Shown in pieces: positions 1 to 11,629 of a stretch of 64,000 nt of DNA. The notes below the pieces were generated by a model. That model ran no database searches, was not told the origin of the DNA, and worked only from the letters and a program-made list of their open reading frames with translations. This DNA is from Neoechinorhynchus agilis (Eukaryota > Animalia > Acanthocephala): NCBI GenBank assembly GCA_051530055.1, contig CM121342.1:4401489-4465488 (forward strand), read 5' to 3'. Within the stretch, counting starts at the first letter, position 1. Every line of letters starts with the position of its first letter. Made by a program: the position numbers and the translations under genes.

Positions 1-359
1 TTTATTTTTCCAAGTCGAAAGTCGACTCTTTTAATAAAATTTAATATTAAAAATTAAAAAAATAATAAATTACATATTTTTGTGGCTCTTACTATTCGCG
101 AGTGGCGGAGGTTGGTACTTTTAAATCAAAGATTAACTTCTAAGACTTACCATATTTTCTTTAACTCTTTTAGCTTTATTTTTCCAAGTCGAAAGTCGAC
201 TCTTTTAATAAAATTTAATATTAAAAATTAAAAAAATAATAAATTACATATTTTTGTGGCTCTTACTATTCGCGAGTGGCGGAGGTTGGTACTTTTAAAT
301 CAAAGATTAACTTCTAAGACTTACCATATTTTCTTTAACTCTTTTAGCTTTATTTTTCC
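1..359. repeat. Tandem repeat, 174-bp unit, at least 2 copies, cut by the window edge
   Basis: tttatttttcc unit start recurs at 1, 175 and 349; the two full units appear identical. Confidence 0.95.
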
Positions 360-959
360 TAGGTTTCGGTACATTAGGAGCTCCAAGCCTGTACGATGCT
401 GCTAGTATATGTGGAACCTAATTCGAAGAATAGTTTTAGACTCAAGACCGTCCTGGATCACCTCAGTTGGTCGATTGTGTCTTCTTCCTAAAGGTGATAA
501 GTGTATTTGGAACGAGATTGGAGTACGATTCGGTAGAGATTGCTGGTATACTGGACTTCGAATCTTAAAGATTCTCAAATTGACACAAGTACATGGCGCT
601 CTAAACGTACCCCGAGTCCGTTCGAAGTCGATTGCATTAGCGTTAATGAATCTTGGTTATTGGTAGCAGCTAAGTTCTTCGTCTCGAGAACGAGAAGCTA
701 AAAGGTTGTGTGCTTTTAAAATGAAGAGAAAACTCTGCGTAATACTTTTGTGAATGTGTCGATGCCATTGAACTTTGAGAAGAGGTAGTTCAGTCATCGA
801 ACCTGACTGGCGTGATAATGCCTTTCATGGCGGACCGAGAGTTGAACGTCAATGTGGAATGGTGAGTCAATCAATGTTTATAATGAAATACGCCATAGTG
901 GCCAAGTTAGTCAATGAAGCTTCGTTCGAGATTACGTCCTCCAGAAAGCAAAGTCACCT

Positions 960-1441
960 ACGGGTATAGAAGTTTTGCTAGGCTGTGGAACAACAAGCGT
1001 TGGTCCGATGGTCGGCTAAAAAACGAGGCCCGAGATAGTCCAAGAATTCCAAATTGTACGAGAAAATTTTAGTGGTAGGCTTTGGCATCTTCTTGCCTTG
1101 GTGAAAGCAATTTTTATCAATTTCTTCAATAAAAGAACACTACCACCGATAAGGCATCAGCAGAAATTTGAAATCAACAACAACAAGGATTTATTCGTTG
1201 GAGGCCACAAGGTAAATATCAGGTGATTTGATTCGAGGAATCGGGTTGTTCCCAGATCAGAACTTGTCGATTCAGAGGTAAGTTTTGTCGGATCAAAAAC
1301 GAGTGTAGGCGCCCACGGGTATAGAAGTTTTGCTAGGCTGTGGAACAACAAGCGTTGGTCCGATGGTCGGCTAAAAAACGAGGCCCGAGATAGTCCAAGA
1401 ATTCCAAATTGTACGAGAAAATTTTAGTGGTAGGCTTTGGC
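960..1441. repeat. 127-bp direct repeat pair (960-1086 and 1315-1441)
   Basis: acgggtatagaagttttgctagg...gtggtaggctttggc present twice, 355 bp apart. Confidence 0.9.
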
Positions 1442-1813
1442 GTTGGGATCTTCTAAGGTTTTTCACATTTTACGCGTGGCTCAGTTTGTTTCGTTTTTTC
1501 CACGATTTTGGTGTAAGTTGATGTTTTAATCATGATTCACCGATCTCGGTCAGGGAATCTGTACGAATCTCTCTGGATGTTCGAAGGCGATATCCATCAG
1601 TGATAAGTTTACTTTTCAATACAGAACGATATTTCGTTTCCTTTTGTTTGTTTGTCATCGGCGATCGTGGATTTTTAATCATTTTGACCCTGATAGAGGG
1701 AATGGTAGCTCTGGTCCTGTGGACAACCTCAGCACAACTACAAACTTCGCCATTTTTGGCCTGGTATCAGCTTTTTCGAATTTCCACATCGTATGCGTGG
1801 CTCAACGGGTTGA

Positions 1814-2279
1814 GTTTTATTGATTTCGGTATAAGATGAGGATTCCTTTTACCGTATACGGCCGAATTATGAGCGCATAGCCCACAGATCGGAGTCAGGG
1901 AAGCACTGGTTTGCACTAAATGCCCATGACCGAACGATTATGAACTTTGTACGAATCCCTAAGGATCGTGAGATTCCATTGGACTACAGCTACCATTCCT
2001 TGTTTTAGAGTCAACGGATTCAAAATCCATTGTCGCCGATTATGCATAAGCAAACGGGACGAAATAGCTCAAGGGATGAGGAAACCCACTGATGAGTCCA
2101 GCCTCCTAGGAAGGAGGTATCTGAGAATCCGGAGGGATTCGTACAAAGTTCATAATCGTTCGGTCATGGGCATTTAGTGCAAACCAGTGCTTCCCTGACT
2201 CCGATCTGTGGGCTATGCGCTCATAATTCGGCCGTATACGGTAAAAGGAATCCTCATCTTATACCGAAATCAATAAAAC
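1814..2279. repeat. Foldback element: perfect 147-bp inverted repeats (1814-1960, 2133-2279) around a 172-bp loop
   Basis: gttttattgatttcggt...acgaatccct is the reverse complement of agggattcgt...ccgaaatcaataaaac. Confidence 0.95.
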
Positions 2280-2964
2280 AATCAATACTTGAATCGGAAC
2301 ATAAATGTCAGCAGACACTTATTTCTAATCGATTAGGAGGTTTTAATGCGTGAATCTAACACAAAATCATGCTTTCTTAGTAACCCTTCGTCGCTGCAGA
2401 GTTCAGTTATCTCTTGTTATAAACGACAAGAGTTTAAAGGAGCTCATTATCGTTTTTTGCAAACTCAATCCTCATTGCCTTGGCCAATTAGAAAAAAATT
2501 ATGGATTTTTATTCGTTTTTGGCGCTAGGCGAGGGATTACAGATAAAGTAAAAATCCAACCAATAGAATTATGTGCTACATGCAATTGTTTAACTTAAAA
2601 TTATTCAGTCCAGAATTCCAATAGAAAATGTACTGAGTAGGAAATTTTGTTTAACGAAAAAAACCAATTCAAATCTTTATTTTAAGAAATTTTACCTATT
2701 AAATATGCTGACGACTTTCAACAGGAGCGAAAAAAAATGGCGGAGAGTTAAAAAAACGACGGCAAACGGGTTCAAAAAACGAAACATAGCAAAGAATATC
2801 TGATTTTCGTGCATTTTTTCTACGAACTACATCGAGATTCGTTTTTGTACATCGAGTCAATCAAATTCCAAGTAGCTATGCCGACACTATTTGAAGACTT
2901 TATTGAGTCTTATAAGAGAATTCATGTTGGTCACGATACAATCGACTAATTAAATCCTAAATCA

Positions 2965-3657
2965 TTACGCGTCTTCATCATCGTCGTCTGACAAAAGACC
3001 TTGCTGCATAAGCTGTTTAGCAACTTTGAACTCGTTATAATGTTCAGCTCGCATCTTTTCAAAATTCCGCCGTCTTTCTCGTTCCACCTCGTCTTCGTCG
3101 CTGTTCAAGTAAATCGGAGAAGCAGAACGACGTAAATGTTCAGCATTTACTCCTACGAGATTGAGTTGTTTACTGAGTGCTTCAGTGTCCAGTCGTTCCT
3201 CATGAATTAGCTGAGGTTGCTGCTGGTCATCCTCTTCCACGTCGAGAGCATTGCGATTATACGGAGTAGGGGGTTCGTTGACTTTTTGGAACCCGTACGT
3301 CTTATCCGCTGGGTGGTGAGTTGCAATCAGATTCATCTCATCGAATCTTAGTGATCTGCGTTGTTCATCGTCCATTGGAATTGATGGTGATGGTGTTTTT
3401 GATGTGGTAGGTGATCGCTTCTGGTAGTTTGGAATGCTAGATTTGGATGGAACAGAAACCGAATGTTTCAAAATCCCGCGTGGAGGATTGGAGTGAAGTA
3501 GCTCTACTGCATGTGAAAGAGTTGATTCCTGGGGCAATGTATCGTCAATCGAAAGATGTGAAATTTGTTCATCGCAACCACTCATCTTCTTTCTAGAGAT
3601 TAGGAGTTTTGGTCTATAGTAAAACGACATGAACAATCCTTCCACCCACACACTCAT
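2965..3657 (-). CDS. PPP1R2: Protein phosphatase 1 inhibitor-2 (IPP-2), intronless; start may be the Met at about 3582
   Basis: Family motifs GILK, RFDEMNLIATHHPADKTYGFQKVNEPPTPY (cf. [30 protein letters not shown]) and FEKMRAEHYNE; acidic C-terminus. Confidence 0.93.
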   Translation of the reverse strand: MSVWVEGLFMSFYYRPKLLISRKKMSGCDEQISHLSIDDTLPQESTLSHAVELLHSNPPRGILKHSVSVPSKSSIPNYQKRSPTTSKTPSPSIPMDDEQRRSLRFDEMNLIATHHPADKTYGFQKVNEPPTPYNRNALDVEEDDQQQPQLIHEERLDTEALSKQLNLVGVNAEHLRRSASPIYLNSDEDEVERERRRNFEKMRAEHYNEFKVAKQLMQQGLLSDDDDEDA

Positions 3658-3702
3658 TAGTTCTTCTCATAATGAAAGTTTAATCATTTCTATCTTTATT
3701 CC

Positions 3703-4186
3703 AGAGGTTGGGATAGTTTTTTTCGGAGATAACAAAGCACTGGAGGGCCATTAAAAAGTTTAAAGACATTTTAATTGCGATTTTCAATTATCTAGAAACT
3801 TTACAGAGGAAAAGACAGGTTCTACAAAGAATTTCTTATTTGTTCAATCATTCAGAAAATCCTTTAAAGAGGTTGGGACAGTTTTTTTCGGAGATAACAA
3901 AGCACTGGAGGGCCATTAAAAAGTTTAAAGACATTTTAATTGCGATTTTCAATTATCTAGAAACTTTACAGAGGAAAAGACAGGTTCTACAAAGAATTTC
4001 TTATTTGTTCAATCATTCAGAAAATCCTTTATAGAGGTTGGGGCAGGTTTTTTCGGAGATAACAAAGCACTGGAGGGCCATTAAAAAGTTTAAAGACATT
4101 TTAATTGCGATTTTCAATTATCTAGAAACTTTACAGAGGAAAAGACAGGTTCTACAAAGAATTTCTTATTTGTTCAATCATTCAGA
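3703..4186. repeat. Tandem repeat, 165-bp unit x about 2.9, immediately upstream of PPP1R2
   Basis: agaggttggg recurs at 3703, 3868 and 4033. Confidence 0.95.
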
Positions 4187-4574
4187 CCATCCAGTTTTTT
4201 TTTCATTTAAAGTTGTTAGAAAAGATTGAACGAAACCTGATTTCTTTTTAATGAGTTTATAACGTTGGATAAAATTAAGTAAAGAAAATCGCGGATTATT
4301 TGGCGTTCAATAAAGGCAAAATTAAAAACGTTGAAAAAAGAGCTCCGAAATCCTTCACGAAACATCACTTCGCTCTTGGGACACAATACGTCGCTGTACA
4401 TTGTTTTACCTTTCATCTGTCGGAAAGAAATGTTCCCACGTCTTCGTCTGAACTCAATGCATAACGTCGCAAATGTGAGTGTTCAACGCAAAAAGTCTCT
4501 TATAATTTGATAATTCGAGTTCGTGATCAAAAGACTGAAGAAGGCCTACACCAAATTATCAAGATTAAATCAAT

Positions 4575-4790
4575 TATTTGATCAGTAAAGGCCCCGGAGC
4601 TGTAGCGACCGCAGCGGAAAGCGGCTGAGCTGAGGGAGAGCTTCCATTTCGTGCCTTTGGGGAATCGAAACGTTCGGGGCGTGGTCGATGGCGATGAAAA
4701 AGGACCCGAGTGCAACAGAATTCCTCAGACAAAACATCTCACTCGCAGTACAACGAGGGAATGCTGAGAACGCGTGAGAAAATCGCGGCT
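4575..4790 (+). mobile_element. Degenerate 3' end of a CRE-like non-LTR retrotransposon (RLE C-terminus)
   Basis: Broken frames read FHFVPLGIETFGAWS...EFLRQNISLAVQRGNA, matching the F.P..(V/I)ET.G.W...L.Q..S.A.QRGNA tail of RLE-bearing CRE-type elements. Confidence 0.75.
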
Positions 4791-4874
4791 ACACAGAACA
4801 TTACTTTCCAAAACTTGTAAATTTTGTCAAATAAAAAACTGAGATTATTTGATAATCTCGGTTTTTTATAACGT

Positions 4875-5190
4875 TGGACTGAGTTGCTCCACACTGCGTA
4901 CTCATGCTCATCTCCCAATGATAGAGCTCGTCTCCTGGCGGTCTCAGCTCCACACTCCAGCGACTTCTTGAAGGCTTTCCCGATCACGGCTGTTGGCACG
5001 AGGCTGGATGACCAAGCCATCACCGTCGCTGTGGGACTTCGGTTGGGCATCGAATTCTCAGGCTCAAATACGTGTCGGTGAGACAGTGATCGGGAGCTCA
5101 CGGCCTTGACTGCAAGCGTTCAAATGCTCGCTACGCACGGCACTCAAAAGAACCGGGTTTCCCGCTCGACTCGAACCAGTCGGACTTAAC
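4875..5190 (+). mobile_element. CRE-like non-LTR retrotransposon fragment (RT thumb/linker, CCHC knuckle, start of RLE)
   Basis: DRARLLAVSAPHSSDFLKAFPITAVGTRLDDQAITVAVGLRLG, then C-C-HGLDC...RHS and LEPVGL across frameshifts and stops. Confidence 0.8.
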
Positions 5191-5686
5191 GAAAAGTCGA
5201 TAATTTGATAAATCGCAACCAAAAAGCCCCTTCTAATTAATAAAATTCGTAAATTCTGGGGAGCAAAATGCTTTCATTCTTTTCTCGAGAAAGATGTGGT
5301 GGGTCACTTATCCGGGATTCGACGCGGAATGTTTCCTCCCTTCGTTGCGAGACGTTTCTTAATATGCGTAAATTAGGATAACCTAAAGTGCTTACGCTTT
5401 TTTTTCTAAAAAACAAACGCATACACATCAATGAGTTTGATGACGTCATGTAAGATTCTTCCAGAACAATGTCATCAATTATTGCTTCGTCTACTTCATT
5501 TTGGTGTTTCGTTGTTTTGTTCTCGAAAACTGAACGTTGGCCGGGCAGCGATGATATTTTGAAAATCCACAATGCCGGGAATTTCGATGTCTTGAGGCTT
5601 CTTCAAGACGTTGAAGGGAGCAACGAACATGCTGCACATCTCTAAGCGCCTTGGTAGATTCTTGAAAAAGCCGTAGGACTGCTACA

Positions 5687-8600
5687 ACTCTCGACAATAA
5701 AGATTTTTTCGCTTTTACGGCCCGCTCATTTCGAAAACAAAACATTAATCGTAAATTTAAAAACGAGACTGAGAATGGTTTTTGGTTGCGCTCAAACACA
5801 CAAAGTTAATAGTTTCATGTTGATCGCTGCTGTGTTTTATTGTTCGTTGTTGCATTTACCTTATCGCGAGACGTGTCATAAAAACCCTTTAAAACGGCGA
5901 AAACTCTCGACAATAAAGATTTTTTCGCTTTTACGGCCCGCTCATTTCGAAAACAAAACATTAATCGTAAATTTAAAAACGAGACAGAATGGTTTTTGGT
6001 TGCGCTCAAACACACACAGTTAATAGTTTCATGTTGATCGCTGCTGTATTTTAATGTTCGTTGTTGCATTTCCATCTTTATCGCGAGCACGCTATAAAAA
6101 CCTTTTAAAACGGCGAAAACTCTCGAGAGTAAAGATTTTTTCGCTTTTACGGCCCGCTCATTTCGAAAAAAAAACATTAATCGTAAATTTGAAACGAGAC
6201 TGAATATTTTTTAATATGCTCAAAAACACTCAAAGTTGTTGAATATGTTGATCGCTACAGATGATGATGCTGCATTTCCACCTTTAATTCCAGCACTTAT
6301 AAAACCTTTTAAAACGGCGGAAACTCGAGAGTAAAGATTTTTCGTTTTACGGCCCGCTCATTTCGAACACAAAACATTAATCGTAAATTTAAAAACGAGA
6401 CTGAGAATGGTTTTTGGTTGCGCTCAAACACACAAAGTTAATAGTTTCATGTTGATCGCTGCTGTATTTTAATGTTCATTGTTGCATTTCCATCTTTATC
6501 GCGAGCACGCTATAAAAACCCTTTAAAACGGCGAAAACTCTCGAGAATAAAGATTTTTTCCCTATTACGGTTCTGCTCATTTCGAAAACAAAACATTAAT
6601 CGTAAATTTAAAAACGAGACTGAGAATGGTTTTTGGTTGTCAAACAATATTAAAGTTAATAGTTTCATGTTGATCGCTGCTGTATTTTAATGTTCGTTGT
6701 TGCATTTCCATCTTTATCGCGAGCACGCTATAAAAACCCTTTAAAACGGCGAAAACTCTCGAGAGTAAAGATTTTTTCCCTATTACGGCCCGCTCATTTC
6801 GAAAACAAAACATTAATCGTAAATTTAAAAACGAGACTGAGAATGGTTTTTGGTTGCGCTCAAACACACAAAGTTAATAGTTTCATGTTGATAGCTGCTG
6901 TGTTTTATTGTTCGTTGTTGCATTTCCATCTTTATCGCGAGCACGCTATAAAAACCCTTAAAAACGGCGAAAACTCTCGAGAAATAAGATTTTTTTGCTA
7001 TTACGGCCCGCTCATTTCGAAAACAAAAACATTAATCGTAAATTTAAAAACGAGATAGAATGGTTTTTTTGGTTATGCCTAACACACAAAGTTAATAGTT
7101 TCATGTTGATCGCTGCTGTGTTTTATTGTCTGTTGCTTTACTCATCTTTATCGCGAGCACTCTATAAAACCTTTTAAAACGGCGAAAACTCTCGGAGTAA
7201 AGATTTTTCGCTTTTACGGCCCGCTCATTTCGAAAACAAAACATTAATCGTAAATTACTTAAAAACGAGACTGAGAATGAGCGGCTGTGCCTCAAAACAC
7301 ACAAAGTTAATAGTTTCATGTTGATCGCTGCTGTATTTTAATGTTCGTTGTTGCATTTCCATCTTTATCGCTAGCACGCTATAAAAACCTTTTAAAACGG
7401 CGAAAAATCTCGAGAATAAAGATTTTTTCGCTTTTACGGCCCGCTCATTTCGAAAACAAAACATTAATCGTAAATTTAAAAACGAGACCGAGAATGGTTT
7501 TTGGTTGGCTTCAACACAAAAGTTAATAGTTTCATGTTGATCGCTGCTGTATTTTAATGTTCGTTGTTGCATTTCCATCTTTATTTTGCGAGCACTCTAT
7601 AAAAACTCCCCTTTAAAACAGCGAAAACTCTCGAGAATAAAGATTTTTTCGCTTTTACGGCCCGCTCATTTCGAAAACAAAACATTAATCGTAAATTTAA
7701 AAACGAGACAGAATGGTTTTTGGTTGCGCTCAAACACACAAAGTTAATAGTTTCATGTTGATCGCTGCTGTGTTTTATTGTTCGTTGTTGCATTTCCATC
7801 TTTATCGCCAGCACTCTATAAAAACCTTTTAAAACGGCGAAAACTCTCGAGAATAAAGATTTTTTCGCTTTTACGGCCCGCTCATTTCGAAAACAAAACA
7901 TTAATCGTAAATTTAAAAACGAGACTGAGAATGGTTTTTTGTTGCGCTCAAACACACAAAGTTAATAGTTTCATGTTGATCGCTGCTGTATTTTAATGTT
8001 CGTTGTTGCATTTCCATCTTTATCGCGAGCACCCTATAAAAACCCTTTAAAACGGCGAAAACTCTCGAGAATAAAGATTTTTTCGCTATTACGGCCCGCT
8101 CATTTCGAAAACAAAACATTAATCGTAAATTTAAAAACGAGACTGAGAATGGTTTTTGGTTGCGCTCAAACACACAAAGTTAATAGTTTCATGTTGATCG
8201 CTGCTGTGTTTTAATGTTCGTTGTTGCATTTCCATCTTTATCGCGAGCACCCTATAAAAACCTTTTAAAACGGCGAAAACTCTCGAGAGTAAAGATTTTT
8301 TCCCTATTACGGCCCGCTCATTTCGAAAACAAAACATTAATCGTAAATTTAAAAACGAGACTGAGAATGGTTTTTGGTTGCGCTCAAACACACAAAGTTA
8401 ATAGTTTCATGTTGATCGCTGCTGTGTTTTAATGTTCGTTGTTGCATTTCCATCTTTATCGCGAGCACGCTATAAAAACCCTTTAAAACGGCGAAAACTC
8501 TCGAGAATAAAGATTTTTTCGCTATTACGGCCCGCTCATTTCGAAAACAAAAGATTAATCGTAAATTTAAAGACTGAGAATGGTTTTTGGTTGCGCTCAA

Positions 8601-10858
8601 ACACACAAAGCGAATAGTTCATGTTGATCGCTGCTGTGTTTTAATGTTCGTTGTTGTATTTTCCATCTTTATCGTGAGCACGCTATAAAAAAAAACCCTT
8701 TAAAAAATGCGAAAACTCGAGAATAAAGATTTTTTCGCTATTACGGCCCGCTCATTTCGAAAACAAAACATTAATCGTAAATTTAAAAACGAGACTGAGA
8801 ATGGTTTTTTGGTTGCGCTCAAACACACAAAGTTAATAGTTTCATGTTGATCGCTGCTGTATTTTAATGTTCGTTGTTGCATTTCCATCTTTATCGCTAG
8901 CACTCTATAAAAACCTTTTAAAACGGCGAAAACTCTCGAGAGTAAAGATTTTTTCGCTTTTACGGCCCGCTCATTTCGAAAACAAAACATTAATCGTAAA
9001 TTTAAAAACGAGACTGAGAATGGTTTTTGGTTGCGCTCAAACACAAAATTAATAGTTTCATGTTGATCGCTGCCTGTGTTTTATTGTTCGTTGTTGCATT
9101 TCCATCTTTATCGCGAGCACGCTATAAAAACCCTTTAAAACGGCGAAAACTCTCGAGAATAAAGATTTTTTCGCAATTACGGCCCGCTCATTTTCGAAAA
9201 CAAAACATTAATCGTAAATTTAAAAACGAGACTGAGAATGGTTTTTGGTTGCGCTCAAACACACAAAGTTAATAGTTTCATGTTGATCGCTGCTGTATTT
9301 TAATGTTCGTTGTTGCATTTCCATCTTTATCGCGAGCACGCTATAAAAACCTTTTAAAACGGCGAAAACTCTCGAGAGTAAAGATTTTTTCGCAATTACG
9401 GCCCGCTCATTTCGAAAACAAAACATTAATCGTAAATTTAAAAACGAGACTGAGAATGGTTTTTGGTTGCGCTCAAACACACAAAGTTAATAGTTTCATG
9501 TTGATCGCTGCTGTGTTTTAATGTTCGTTGTTGCATTTCCATCTTTATCGCGAGCACTCTATAAAAACCCTTTAAAACGGCGAAAACTGAGAATAAAGAT
9601 TTTTTCCCTATTACGGCCCGCTCATTTCGGAAACAAAAGTTAATCGTAAATTTAAAAACGAGACTGAGAATGGTTTTTGGTTGCGCTCAAACACACAAAG
9701 TTAAGTAGTTCTTACAAGTTGATCGCTGCTGTGTTTTATTGTTCGTTGTTGCATTTCCATCTTTATCGCGAGCACTCTATAAAAAACCCTTTAACGGCGA
9801 AAACTCTCGAGTAATGTATGGATTTTTCTGCCATTACGCCCGCTCATTTCGAAACAAAACATTAATCGTAAATTTAAAAACGAGACTGAGAATGGTTTTG
9901 GTTGCGCTGAAACACACAAAGTTAATAGTTTCATGTTGATCGCTGCTGTATTTTAATGTTCGTTGTTGCATTTCCATCTTTATCGCCAGCACTCTATAAA
10001 AACCTTTTAAAACGGCGAAAACTCTCGAGAGTAAAGATTTTTTCGCTTTTACGGCCCGCTCATTTCGAAAACAAAACATTGATCGTAAATTTAAAAACGA
10101 GACTGAGAATGGTTTTTGGTTGCGCTCAAACACACAAAGTTAGTAGTTTCATGTTGATCGCTGCTGTATTTTAATGTTCGTTGTTGCATTTCCATCTTTA
10201 TCGCTAGCACGCTATAAAAACCTTTTAAAACGGCGAAAACTCTCGAGAGTAAAGATTTTTTCGCTTTTACGGCCCGCTCATTTCGAAAACAAAACATTAA
10301 TCGTAAATTTAAAAACGAGACTGAGAATGGTTTTTGGTTGCGCTCAAACACACAAAGTTAATAGTTTCAATGTTGATCGCTGCTGTGTTTTGTATTGTTC
10401 GTTGTTGCATTTCCATCTTTATCATGAGCACTATAAAACCCTTTAAAACAGCGAAAAACTCTCGAGAATAAAGATTTTTTCGCTTTTACGGCCCGCTCAT
10501 TTCGAAAACAAAACATTACTCGTAAATTTAAAAACGAGACTGAGAATGGTTTTTGGTTGCGCTCAAACACACAAAGTTAATAGTTTCATGTTGATCGCTG
10601 CTGTGTTTTATTGTTCGTTGTTGCATTTCCATCTTTATCGCGAGCACGCTATAAAAACCCTTTAAAACGGCGAAAACTCTCGAGAATAAAGATTTTTTCG
10701 CAATTACGGCCCGCTCATTTCGAAAACAAAACATTAATCGTAAATTTAAAAACGAGACTGAGAATGGTTTTTGGTTGCGCTCAAACACACAAAGTTAATA
10801 GTTTCATGTTGATCGCTGCTGTGTTTTATTGTTCGTTGTTGCATTTCCATCTTTATCG
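5687..10858. repeat. Satellite array, about 218-bp unit x about 24
   Basis: Marker gagactgagaatgg (with variants) counted 24 times between about 5765 and 10754; mean spacing about 217 bp. Confidence 0.97.
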
Positions 10859-11139
10859 ATATAGTGTGCGGCGTTAAATAGTTTTTTATTATTTGGTCGC
10901 TTAACCGAGAGAGGGGTTCATTAAAGACGAATGCATAAACGTCGGCTGATTGTATCGTTTATTTTATCAATTAGCACAACACTCGTAATCCTAATTCCCC
11001 TAATCCTCTATCAACCTAACACCTCCCTATACCTACGCTTCTTTTTCCCATGCTGTCAATCTCCTCCCGGATATCATGACATGAAATGAACCCGGGGAAA
11101 GACCAACCTTGCAACCTCTCCGACAAACAATAACCGCCA

Positions 11140-11262
11140 GACAAAGTCCTGCACAGCGGTACCAATCGACCCGAATGTCTCGACGCCAAATGAAACGAAA
11201 TAATGATTTCGACTCAGATCGTTGTATTTATTAATCTTTTTGCGGTCCTCAGCGGCGGTTGC
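11140..11262 (-). mobile_element. CRE-like RLE fragment, near-identical to 62300-62423
   Basis: Reverse complement reads ATAAEDRKKINKYNDLSRNHYFVSFGVETFGSIGTAVQD. Confidence 0.8.
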
Positions 11263-11629
11263 ATCTTCCCCTATTTTAACGGTGGGGAATTTTTATGTTA
11301 ATGGCTGCGATTGGCGTCCCATGAAAGGCATTTGCTTCCCTTGGCCACGGGAATACTGTGACATCGTCCGGTCTACGGCTATCGAGTCGACAAAGATTGC
11401 TAAAATCTAGGATGTTGGACACATTCACGAAATTCAGGACACGACTAAGAGAGTTACGTTCACTACTATTCTGCGGTTTGCTTCATACGATCCCAAATAA
11501 GTTGACCGAAGAAATATCGGCTGAACCGCCCGAACGCAATCCCCAATAAATGGTTTTAATGTTTTTTATCTTTCAGTTGATTAAGTGATCGCACTCTAGC
11601 TTGCTTGTTGATTATTGTTGATTTGTTAA

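Noticed and set aside
3840-4229. Repeated 63-64-aa ORFs upstream of PPP1R2
   Set aside because: Artefacts of the 165-bp tandem repeat.
5687-10858. 218-bp array as a spliced-leader RNA gene cluster or CRISPR-like array
   Set aside because: No unique spacers, no convincing Sm site following a splice donor and no match to SL exons I know.
5491-10877. Dozens of 60-120-aa ORFs (MFVVAFPSL..., MFERNQKPF...) on both strands
   Set aside because: They are translations of the 218-bp satellite; the unit length is not a multiple of three and indels shift frames freely.
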